From the NCBI RefSeq assembly GCF_006345805.1, contig NC_043011.1:25804464-25868463 (forward strand): DNA of 64,000 nt. Reading direction: 5' to 3'. The position numbers were made by a program, and so were the translations under genes. The notes under the pieces were generated by a model. It did not search any database, was not told where the DNA came from, and saw only the letters and a list, made by a program, of their open reading frames with translations. Source of the stretch: Octopus sinensis. Taxonomy: Eukaryota. Shown here piece after piece: positions 1-11,956 of this stretch (positions are counted from its first letter, which is position 1; the number at the start of each line of letters is the position of its first letter).

Positions 1-880
1 AACTTTTAAAGGCTGAAGGGCTTTCTAGAGATGCAAAGAACAGAAAAGGGAAGGGAAGCGAAGAAAAGAGAGAAAATAAAGGAGGAGGGAGCAAAAAGGG
101 GGGGGAGGGGACTAAAAGAGAAGAGAAAAGGAAAAAGAGAATAAGAAGAAGAAAAAGAAAAAAGAGAAAAGAGAAAGAAATAGGGAAAGAAGGGAAAAAA
201 AGAAAAAAGAAAAGAAAGAGGGTTCTAGTTATACAGAAGAATTAGTAGACGGCAAGTCTGGTTTTAATTTACAGGCATCTAGGAACTAGAGGAGAATATT
301 ATTCTTTGACCAGTAAAACAGCTAATTTATTGCTGTTGAAATCAGCTATGAATTTAAAGAGAATCTAAAGAGATAACACGGTCAGGGGTTTAGGAGTCAG
401 AGGCTAAAATCAAAAGAAAATACATTAGGAAAATCTAAGTATAATCTTATCAAAAAGTCATTAAAATTTATTTATTTCATTTATTCATTTTATTGTCTTA
501 AGGAGTTGCCGTTATTATTCATACATTGACGGACTACAGGTCAAATCTTAGAAGATCATTTACAAGGTGTTAGGGAATTGTCTATCATAATGAAGATAAT
601 CATATTATCACCGAGGGAGTAGCCTTATTTATTTAATTTTGAAATAGAATTATGGGGCTTTAGTAACTCATTTTATTTTATTAAAGTTATGCTACTTAAA
701 TTAGATTAAGTTAAGAATTAAAATTAAAAATTACAATTAAGATTTAAAATTAAGATTTAAAATTATGAGTTTGAAATTAAATAAAGCCTCAATTAAGCAG
801 CGTATAAGTACTATTCATTTCCCTTTTCTCAAAAAACTGATGCAGATATAAAGAAAAAGATAACTGTAGTGTGAGAACTC

Positions 881-1007
881 TTAAAGCAGTGCTATACTAG
901 TAAAAATCAAGTTATATCTATCTATCTATCTAGTCACGAATATTTAAAGCAGTGCTATACTAGTAAAAATCAAGTTATATCTATCTATCTATCTAGTCAC
1001 GAATATT
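881..1007. repeat. 63-bp direct tandem duplication
   Basis: The unit ttaaagcagtgctatactagtaaaaatcaagttatatctatctatctatctagtcacgaatat starts at 881 and again at 944. Confidence 0.9.
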
Positions 1008-1014
1008 CTAATCA

Positions 1015-1436
1015 TTTAAAATATTTTAAAGTCTTCAATTTAGCGTGGACACAAACTTGACCTAGTTCGATATGGTTATTCAATAAGTTTCTATGTTTCT
1101 ATGCTTTAGAATTTCATACGTCTCCATGGAGCATAGTTGGCAACCAACCCTACTATTTTTATACGGAATTGCTCTCCTAACTATTTCCCAATTAAGGTTA
1201 TAATTATTATTATTATTTTTGAGTTCCCAGATTTTGTTTGAAAGTGTGGTGGTACCAGTTTTATGACGTAATTTAAAAGACGAGATGTGATTTCTAACTC
1301 TGGCTAGAAAATTAATTGTACATCTAATGTAAAAATATTTGTTATTCTCCGTGGATATGGTACATTTATAGATTACATTATTTTCCCCGCATAGACCAGG
1401 TGCCGGGCATTTTGATTTTATTCTACACTTACACAT
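1015..1436 (-). mobile_element. Penelope-like element (PLE) GIY-YIG endonuclease relic
   Basis: The ORF 1080-1436 reads C-x-C-x5-CP-x2-G-x-C, then NVIYKC...YIRC (degenerate GIY-YIG), R-x3-H, TTLSNKIWELK, W-x-I, PY and CQLC. This is the pattern of PLE endonucleases. A shifted frame continues LLNNHIEL...CVH to about 1015. Confidence 0.8.
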
Positions 1437-1479
1437 ATATATATATACATGTGTGTATATGTGTGTGTGTATATATATA

Positions 1480-1735
1480 TATAACGGGAAGCTTTATGAA
1501 AATAGACAAAAGACGAAGGCAGGTGGGAAACAAACAAACAATTGTATTAGTATGGCGCTCAGGAAATATAAATAAAACAAGTCTTTAACGTTTCGAGCCT
1601 ACGCTCTTCAACAGAAAGATACACAGAGAGAAAAAAAACACAGAAAGAAGGAGAGAAAAAAAATGCGTGCAGTAACTAACGAATCAACATGGCGATCTGA
1701 TTCCGGCCAGAGGTCAAAGATCAAACATGAGACAC
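1480..1735 (-). mobile_element. PLE-like terminal repeat unit (family P1), copy 1
   Basis: Shares the aacaaaca..tgtattagt..cgctc, tttcgagcctacgctcttc..cagaaag and catggcga..ccgg blocks with 12845-13020 and 30826-31320. It is flanked by microsatellites and lies next to the GIY-YIG relic. Confidence 0.65.
1581..1620 (-). ncRNA. Minimal hammerhead ribozyme-like motif with variant core
   Basis: The minus strand reads AUCUUU-CUGUUGA-A-GAGC GUAG GCUC-GAAAC-GUU-AAAGAC. Stem I is UCUUU/AAAGA, stem II is GAGC/GCUC, stem III is the palindrome ACGU, and the cleavage triplet is GUU. Confidence 0.6.
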
Positions 1736-1745
1736 ACACACACAC

Positions 1746-2622
<877 letters not shown>

Positions 2623-2682
2623 CATACACAAATGCACCATATATATACCCACACTTACACACAGGAGGAGGTGCCTGAGGAC

Positions 2683-3213
2683 CAGAGCTGGATTAACCAT
2701 TAAACAAAATAAGCACATGATTAGGGCATCAAGGTAAGTGGTAGTTGTGGTGGTGGTAGTGGGGGAAGCAGAAATGGTAAATGGTTTACGACACAAAAGA
2801 AATCACTTTAAACTTGCTAAAGTAATATTCGAAGTGATTGATAAGAGCAGAAAAATTTACTTTAGGGTTTACTGTTGTTTATACTTTGAATCACATATAT
2901 ATGGGGATATAGCGTTGTTAAGCTATACACAAACAAACTAGTGGAGACAAGAATACATTTACCAAAGGTTTATTCACGTACATCAGGGCTTAATTTGTCA
3001 GTTATTTCTGTTTAAGTTCATTCAGATTCGTTTCACGCTCGCTGTTGACATTCTTTGGTTTTCCTTCTCCTCCCGGAAGTCCTTTTGTTTTCCTGCTGAC
3101 CAGCTTCCTAGCTAGCCCGCAGCGAAGATTCGTCAGTCACGAATCCTGCCTTACAGGGACACCAAATTCTTTTAAGTGCTTAGGGCTTCTATAGTCTTCT
3201 TAATCCAGCCTAG
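2683..3213. mobile_element. hAT-type MITE
   Basis: The ends cagagctggattaa and ttaatccagcctag are imperfect TIRs. The 8-bp flanks ctgaggac (2675-2682) and ctggggac (3214-3221) form a TSD with one mismatch. Confidence 0.75.
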
Positions 3214-3493
3214 CTGGGGACTCTACCCCGCACGGCCTTACCAGAAACAGTGGGCAGCGAAAATGGATCGGTGGAATTCCGCTCACAAGGCTTCAGTATA
3301 TACGATGTTATGACAGAAGATGCTTACAGTCATGTAATGGGATCGATCCTAAGACTTACAAGCCGCGAAGCAAACTTCTTAATCTGACTGATGTGTTCAT
3401 ATTACTAGTTCGAACCAAGGGGGAAATATTGATCGACTAGGTTTATAACGAAAGACATTCCTGCCATGACGATCTCGTTGATTTAGAGCAATA

Positions 3494-3920
3494 GGATCTT
3501 TTCAGTTTGACCGGCAGTTTTTAAAAATAATTTCCACGTAGCTAAACACTTTTAAACTTCGTATACTGGTAGAATGTGTTTATAAAACATTTTTTCTCTT
3601 GGCTTTATTGAGAAAATTCTATAGTTTGTAAGATATTTGTTGTTTTTTTTTCTTCAATTTCTGCAATTTCAACCAAGCAATGACGTCTATTGAGGTGAAA
3701 ACCTTCTGTGCCGTATGAATATGTCCCTTGTTTAAGAAACAGATTGGGTTTATTTACATTTCTGAAGAAAAAAAAGATACCCTTCCCGCCACCCCTAATC
3801 CCTAACTCTAACCCTAATCTTAACCCTAACTAACCTTAACTAACCCTAACCCTAACCCTAAAAGAGATTGAAATGCAATAGATCGATTCTAGGGTCATAA
3901 TTATGGGTGACAATTTCATA
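3494..3920. mobile_element. Putative non-autonomous DNA element carrying a telomere-like (CCCTAA)n tract
   Basis: Begins sharply at ggatcttttcagtttgaccggcag, contains degenerate (CCCTAA)n at 3793-3861, and ends at a (TCTG)n/(TATG)n microsatellite. Only one terminus is recognisable. Confidence 0.45.
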
Positions 3921-3951
<31 letters not shown>

Positions 3952-4142
3952 ATGTATGTATGTATGTGGTAAATGAAAGACAGAAGATGGAATGTACGAG
4001 AATTTTTATTATTAATCACGACAATTGTTTTGACACATCTAACGGGTGGGGCACTTAAAAAACTGGTTGTATGTATACATGTATGCATGTATATGCATAC
4101 ACACCTACCTACATGAATAGACACGCAAAAGCAGATAACTGC

Positions 4143-4233
<91 letters not shown>

Positions 4234-4291
4234 CATAGCCCTGTGTGGCTAATAAAGAAACATATCTATCCGTCCATCCATCCATCCATCC

Positions 4292-4389
<98 letters not shown>

Positions 4390-4592
4390 TTGTACATATG
4401 TTTGTCTGCCTATGTGTCTATATAGTGTCTATGTGTGTCTCTCATACACAAACACGCACGCACACAAACACACATCTGTACGCATGTATGCAGCTGTACA
4501 TACATTCATGTATATATAGATGCTGCATATATGACGTATTGGGAATATATAGGTATACATCTCTCTCTTTATTATTACACGTGCGTGTGTGT

Positions 4593-4643
<51 letters not shown>

Positions 4644-4720
4644 GTGTGGCGTGCGTGCGTGTGCATACTCATGCACGTCTGTGATTGAAATATTCTCGAG
4701 AATGTTAATTACTCTTGCAG

Positions 4721-4876
4721 CAAAAGTGATAAAGCTTACAAGGAAATCTATCAGAAGTGACATAAGAAGACGGACAACAAATTGCCCACCTAGGGCTTGA
4801 ACTTTTGATCATTTGGGAACAGTTGGCTTTTTATCGTTTCGATCCAATAATGATCGATATGCTCTGTGTCCCAAAG
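4721..4876 (+). other. Candidate non-coding or UTR exon (156 nt)
   Basis: Bounded by the acceptor ttactcttgcag| and the donor AAG|gtaagt. All three frames contain stops. Confidence 0.25.
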
Positions 4877-4980
4877 GTAAGTTCAACATTTATACATGCT
4901 TTCATATTGGGAAAACCTCAGAGTGTCAAGGGAAACACGGTGTAGAACGAAGGCCGAATGGATTGATATTACTCTCTCTC

Positions 4981-5390
4981 TTTTACTCTCTTGTTTCAGT
5001 CATTTGACTGCGGCCATGCTGGAGCACCGCCTTTAGTCGAGCAAATCGACCCCGGGACTTATTCTTTGTAAGCCCAGTACTTATTCTATCGGTCTCTTTT
5101 GCCGAACCGCTAAGTAACGGGGACGTAAACACACCAGCATCGGTTGTCAAGCAATGCTAGGGGGACAAACACAGACACAGACATGCAAACATATACACAC
5201 ACATATATATATATATACATATATACGACAGGCTTCTTTCAGTTTCCGCCTACCAAATCCACTCACAAGGCATTGGTCGGCCCGGAGCTATAGCAGAAGA
5301 CACTTGCCCAAGATGCCACGCAGTGGGACTGAACCCGGAACCATGTGGCTGGATAGCAAGCTACTTACCACACAGCCACTCCTGCGCCTA
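4981..5390 (-). mobile_element. SINE family A (tRNA-like head, CORE-like domain, internal microsatellite, conserved tail), full-length
   Basis: The head aggcgcaggagtggctgtgtggtaag...gggttcagtccc has A/B boxes and is followed by ccttgggcaagt (CORE-like). The tail is cggttcggcaaaagagaccgatagaataagtac...gctccagcatggccgcagtc. Many copies occur in the window. Confidence 0.85.
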
Positions 5391-6000
5391 GGGTGGTGTT
5401 TGCAATGGTTAGTGTAGAAGTGACGGAATTTATTGTAGGTGGTGGTGGTAGTGGTGGAAGTGGTGTTGATGGTGATGGTGGCGGCGGTGGTGCTGGTGCT
5501 TGCTAGTGGAGATGGTAGTGGTAACGATGGTGGTGGTGGTGGTGATGGCGGTAGTGAAGGTGATGGTGACGGTGGCGGCGGTGGCCGTGAAACGGTGGGG
5601 TTGGTGCTGGTGGTAATGACGGAGGCATGTAGTTCATACAATATATAAGTTTATTGATGCTGTTTTCTTCCTCTAGTAACTATGACAATGATGATGATGA
5701 TGATGGTGGTGTGGGGGTGGTGGGGTAGTGGTGGGGATGTTGATGATGGGATGATGATGATGGTGGTGGGGTGGTGGGGTGGTGGTGGTGATGTTGATGA
5801 TGATGATCGAATGATGATGATGATCGAATGATGATGATGGGATGGTGATGATGGGATGACGGTGGTAGTGATAGTGGGGGGGGGGATGAGTACTATGATG
5901 GTTGTGATTACGATGGTGAGGAAGAAGAGGCAAAGAAAGGAAGAGAAGGAGGTTGAGGGGCAGGAAATGTGTATTTGTTTACTGGAGATAAGGTTAGTGG
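5391..6000. repeat. Composite GGT/GAT trinucleotide low-complexity tract
   Basis: Degenerate (GGT)n and (GAT)n arrays, with a local duplication of gatgatgatcgaat. Confidence 0.85.
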
Positions 6001-6073
6001 CAGATATTATACAAACATACACAAACATATATAAATTCACACACACACACACACACACACATACATACATACA

Positions 6074-6201
<128 letters not shown>

Positions 6202-7335
6202 TAGACATTGCATGCGTTTGTTATCCAAATTCTTACCACAAGTCACTTTGAGTTATTTTCTCTTCGCTCCTTTCGGTTTTAATTATGCAAATTAGCCTTT
6301 ACAAGAACGTTCTAAACAGTTTTGGTATGTTAAAATGTCGATATATATGTTCAGAGTACAAAGGAGTATACTAAACTGAAGAATCCAAATCGAAACCGAA
6401 TATGCATCCATAGTTATTTATCGCTGGCAAAACAAAGGTAAAATAGTTCTTTATTCCTGAGTGAGTTAATCTAACGATGAGTAGAAACTTAATTTGAAAT
6501 ACATGGAGTGCTTGGGTGGCCAGTCTGTGTAAGGAAGATAATTTCTAGATAAATCTTGGCGGGATTAGAATTTTGAATTCTCGATCAGAGACCAAGGAAG
6601 AAGATACATACCATATATATAATTAATTCTTTTTTTACTCATTACAAATGTAATAAAATTTCTAGATATAGGTAATTATGTATAGAGCCATTTCGTTTAT
6701 ATCAGAAATCGTCAGAATGACAACCCGAGATGAATAAAATTAAACTAAATGAATCATTTTCCAAAATAAGACTGAAATTATCTCCTGTTTTTCTACAGAG
6801 ATGCAAATAATTGCCGTTACGTTAAATCTTTAATTTTCTTCACCGTCCGCAAGGAAAATGCTAATAAATAAATTAATAATTGCTCATATAGGTAATTCAT
6901 TAGGCTATTCTGGTCGACTTTGCTATCCTAATGCCCCGGTCCCGCTCAGTGATCTTCTCTGAGTATCTTCAACTTCAATGTACGCATAAACTTATGTATA
7001 TATCTAGTAACTAGCTATATGAATACATCCATCCCTAGATGTGCATATGCATGCATACATACATACATACATACATACATACATACATACATACATACAT
7101 ACATACATACATACATACATACATACAGGCATATATATATATATATGTATGTACGTATGTATGTATTTGACATAATTTATAAGCATGAAATAATTCTTTT
7201 TTGGAACTGAATCTCACTGGCAGCCCTCGAGTTTTTCCTATCCAAAAGGGTTCTTCAACCTCATATTTACATGTACCTCGAGATCCAATAAGAAAATTAT
7301 ATCTACTTATATTATGATATGTATATATAATATTA

Positions 7336-7368
<33 letters not shown>

Positions 7369-7598
7369 AGTTAATGTTTGTTTTTATATCTAGTTATAAT
7401 TTTAAAAAATCATATATTATAAAGGTCAAGCTGATCTCCGCTTGTTTGTCCGTCACAACATACATGTAAAAGAAAGGTAGAAGGGGAGGAGAGGTTGTTG
7501 TTGGGAGAGACATACAGTGCGAGAGAGAGAGAGAGAAAGAGATTGAAGGATAGACAGAAAGAGATTGAGGGAGAGACAGAGAGAGAGGCAGAGAGAAA

Positions 7599-7637
<39 letters not shown>

Positions 7638-7689
7638 TGCTATATAGGTAGTGTTGTCACCATAGTAACTAACACGTTTTGATTAAAAA

Positions 7690-8140
7690 CGTGAGAATTA
7701 TAAGTGCAAGTCTGTCAACAGCGCGAAACACTTAAAAAAAAAAGTTCAGAAAGCTGTGGATTGTATCTACCTGATCTACTATTCATAGAAGGAAAATTTT
7801 ATGTTGCTAATAGTAGAGTGGGAGATCCTGAAAAGCAACGCATATATGTAGACCAAATAGAATTCGACAGAACAGCCAAGAGGCGTTGGAAAAAGGAAAA
7901 AGCCAAATGTTGGAAAAAAGGACTTTGACAAGGAATGTTGTTTTATGAGATATTATTTAATGAATAAACTTATTCTATAGAATATAAGAAAAGTATTTTA
8001 AATAAATGTTATTGTTCAACTGTATTCAAACAGTTCTTCACCGGAAAAGTCAATCTGAACGTTATTTGAAAAATTTATGCGAGTACGTGCATGATTAACA
8101 AATATTTTTACCGGCAGCGTTGCAACAGTTTACGACCTAG
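7690..8140 (+). mobile_element. Helitron 3' fragment (C-terminal PIF1-like helicase plus CTAG terminus)
   Basis: GLYLPDLLFIEGKFYVANSRVGDPEKQRIYV resembles the Helitron helicase motif VI (G-x-YLP-x-P-x-FSHGQLYVAxSRV). A GC-rich subterminal stretch is followed by CTAG|T at 8137-8141. Confidence 0.6.
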
Positions 8141-8300
8141 TTTTGCATTAAACTGAAGGATTACTGAATAATTTTTGCTGAGAACATATCTATATTTTTT
8201 TTATCAAGAATAGTGTTGACAGCAACTTCAAAGTTTCGGCCTGCTTACCCTTCAACGGACCCCTCCCCACACACATACACACACAGATCTACACATATAT

Positions 8301-8527
8301 GCGGCGAGCTGGCAGACACGTTAGCGCGCCGGGCGAAATGCTTAGCGATATTTCGTCTGCCGTTACGTTCTGAGTTCAAATTCCGCCGAGGTCGACTTTG
8401 CCATTCATCCTTTCGGGGTCGATAAATAAAGTACCAGTTTCGCATTGGGGTCGATGTAATCGACTTAACCCCTTTGTCTGCCCTTGTTTGTTCCCTTGTT
8501 TAGCCCCTTGTGGGCAATAAGGAAAAA
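8301..8527 (+). mobile_element. SINE family B (tRNA-like head plus conserved central domain), full-length
   Basis: A box tggcagacacgttag, B box gagttcaaattcc, central domain tttgccattcatcctttcggggtcgataaataaagtaccag, and an A-rich end. Confidence 0.85.
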
Positions 8528-8581
8528 ACATATGTGTATGTATATATACATATATGGATATATATATATATGTATATACGA

Positions 8582-8788
8582 GTTTAGGATATTTACCCCC
8601 CCCCCCGTGGACAATAACTCCCCAAGGACAATTACCCCTGAAGACAACAGATGATAATTTAAAACTTCTTAATATATTGGAGAGGAAGTAATTAATCAAG
8701 GGAGGGTGGTGATTGTACCACGGGGTAGTTGTCATCGGGGAATTGTCCTATAGGGGAGGGAGTAGGGAGTAAGTAATTGTCCTGATAC
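8582..8788. mobile_element. Small MITE-like element
   Basis: Repeated ggacaat(t/a)accc motifs on the left face inverted g(g)gtaattgtcc-type motifs on the right. The imperfect termini are gtttaggatatttac and gtaattgtcctgatac. Confidence 0.5.
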
Positions 8789-8804
8789 AGTTATATATAA
8801 TATA

Positions 8805-8841
<37 letters not shown>

Positions 8842-9124
8842 TATATATATATATAGATAGATAGATAGATAGATACATGCATTTACGTATATATACATAT
8901 ATATATATATATTAATATATATAGTAAGTAGTTTTAAACCTAGGTATACACCTCGTAGTATGCCGATTAAACCACTTTCACTGTCTATGGCTACTTGATG
9001 TCATCCATAGTATTGATATAAATGCCTCTGGATCTACCTGACAATCGTTATGATTAACAAAGAATCTCGTGAATTCCATTTTCTTTTTCTCTCACTTATA
9101 TATATATATATATATATATAATTT

Positions 9125-9432
9125 TTATTGTATTTTTGTATTTATATTCGTGTAACATTGTCTGTTTATCCGTCCTTGTTTTCGTATACATTCGATGCTT
9201 TTTTCCAAGGAATATTGCTCTTAGCTTAGTTTTTCCTTGGGGCTGACCAGATTGTAGCAATCTAAAGATTAATCAGCCGAAATTGCGAGGATGATCCGAT
9301 TCTTGACTGAGGATAAAAGGCTTCAATGACCAGTCCTTGTTTTTTTTGTATCGTCTATCTGGATGTTTTGTTCTCCCTTTATGTATCACCTAGATGTCCG
9401 GAGGTTTTGGCGTTCTTGTCCCATTTTGTATT
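9125..9432 (+). mobile_element. Dispersed repeat family P2 (PLE-terminal-repeat-like), copy 1
   Basis: The block tgctcttagcttagtttttccttgg...ccagatt...cagccgaaattg also occurs at 25090-25549 and 32270-32470. It is bounded by (TA)n. Confidence 0.7.
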
Positions 9433-9440
9433 TTATATAC

Positions 9441-9522
<82 letters not shown>

Positions 9523-9913
9523 TATACATACAGAATATATTATATATATATATGCATACACATACACATATATACATGCATACATACGTGTATTGTATGT
9601 ATACGTATGTATGAAACATATACTGTAATTTACATTGTACATTGCACGCCAGTAAATACATCAAATTCACAGCCTAGTTATATTAAACCCCACTCTCATC
9701 CAATGCAGAAATCAATATGTGGTGCAGCAACTTCCCAATGACAAAAAATTGTACGTTTATTAAAGATTTACTTTGCATTATCCTAAAAGAAGAACCATGG
9801 GTAGTAGACTATTAATTAAGCAATTAATATACTTTGCCAGTATTGTCGTACAATGTACAATGTGTGTGTACACATATATATGCATACATCCTTTACAGAC
9901 ACTCACTCACATT

Positions 9914-9952
<39 letters not shown>

Positions 9953-10024
9953 TATATATATATAGATAGGTAGATAGATAGATAGATAGATAGATAGATT
10001 GATAGATACATGACAGGTAGATAC

Positions 10025-10065
<41 letters not shown>

Positions 10066-10298
10066 TTGTATAGGTGAGCGTGTTCGTGTATATATATATA
10101 TATGCGTGTGTGTGTATGCGTATATATATATTGTGTGCGTGTATGTGTGTCTCATTACTAACACGATGTACATATATATATATGTACACAAACATACACA
10201 AACACACATGCACATACATATAAATATGTATTTATATGTCATATGTATGTATCTATAAATATGCATCTTTGGTTACATGTATATATATATAATATATA

Positions 10299-10329
<31 letters not shown>

Positions 10330-10877
10330 GGTATGTGTATTTGTATATATGTATAACATTATATAGATAGTTTATATGCATAACATATGCATTTATATAC
10401 ATACATACATACATACTTACATACATATACAATACATTATATATGTATATATGTATGCATATATGTGTATGTATATATATATATATTAATATATGCATAT
10501 ATATATATATTTATATGTATGTATGTATGTAACTATGTACACACATACACACATATATATATATATAGAGAGAGAGAGAGAGGGAGAAAAAGAGAGAAAG
10601 TGATAGGTAGATACTGATGTAAATACAAGCACACCCACATACATATATACACACATACTTACAGAAACGTACATAAAAGCAAGGATTGCATTGTGTTGCC
10701 ATTAATACAGACATTGGTCGTGTAACATCACCTAACACAATGATGTCTAAATCAGATAAACTACTTCATAGCTAATCTTATTGACAGCAAAGAGAAGAAA
10801 GGAAAGGCGTGAGAGAGAAAGAGAGAGAAAAGTGAGAGAAAGACAAAGAAAGAGAGTAGAAGAAAGAGTGTGTATTG

Positions 10878-10939
<62 letters not shown>

Positions 10940-11574
10940 TGTGTGTGAGCCAGATGATGTATTCAGAGGAAGATGTGTATCTTGACTGATCAGGTTAACA
11001 ATGTGACCAGAGAAAATATCTGTGAAGAGGTGGCGGGAGCGTGTTGCACATTAAATACAAATATGATAGCGACTCACATATGTAATGATTTAATGAGCAG
11101 AACAAATTGCAATCAACTGAGATTATCTAAGTAATTAGTAGGCAGAAACTCCCCACAGGAGTGTTTAAGATCTTAAAAATCACCAGTAAAGCAGGCAACA
11201 CTAATAATATCAGCCAATCGAAATTTTCTTTTAGAATAAAGTCGATGTGCATAAGAATAGATTTGTTTTAACATAAAAGGCAACCAGCGGAGGAGATAAT
11301 TCTAGTAAGATCAGCTGACTGAAATTTTCGGATAATCTAATATAAATACACAATCCAGATTGGAGAAGATTTGGTATTTAAAGTCAAAAGGTTCCACAGA
11401 TGAAATGTATTGAATTGAAAAACTGCAGTCAACTGAGAAATATCTATGCAATTATTAACTCAAACCTCCACTGCTTATTAGTTCCGTTGTACAAATATTA
11501 AACGAAGCTTCTACATGCTTACTAAATTTGTTAGAACAAGTAGTCAAGTTTCTTTCAAATCACACTTTATCTTT

Positions 11575-11812
11575 CTAAAAATATAAGCGCAAAACAGAAT
11601 CTGTGTAGTAAAATTCGATAAACTTTGGCGTCGGGGACTTCACATATGATGTGGACTGCGGCGTTAGGGGGCATAAGCATTCCTTACGTCGCAGTTTTGC
11701 ATTATCGCAACCCTGATATATAGCACACTGTTCACCACTTAAGGTTACATAATTAGGAGGAGAAAGTGGACTAGGCTTTGCACTGGTTTCCTTGTCCACC
11801 CAGAGAACATGT
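11575..11812 (-). CDS. Candidate terminal coding exon, unknown product
   Basis: The acceptor catcgcag| opens a 79-codon frame (HVLWVDKETSAKPSPLSPP...RLYF*), followed by about 600 bp of unique UTR-like sequence. There is no polypyrimidine tract and no recognisable homology. Confidence 0.25.
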
Positions 11813-11956
11813 CTGCGATGTATGTATGTATGTATGTATGTATGTATGTATGTATGTATGTATGTATTTATGTAGTATATATGTGTGTGTGTGTGTTATA
11901 TATCTATATATATTAAATTAATACTTGATGTAACAAAAATCAAAAATATCAACAAA

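Noticed and set aside
480-640. Possible PLE pre-RT peptide (GVAVII..DY..ILEDHLQ) on the plus strand
   Set aside because: It needs frameshifts, is very short, and lies on the opposite strand to the nearby endonuclease.
3793-3861. True telomere or chromosome-fusion site
   Set aside because: It is short, degenerate, in a single orientation and embedded in repeat-like flanks.
8301-8390. tRNA genes at SINE heads
   Set aside because: The A/B boxes continue directly into SINE bodies, and no full cloverleaf is present.
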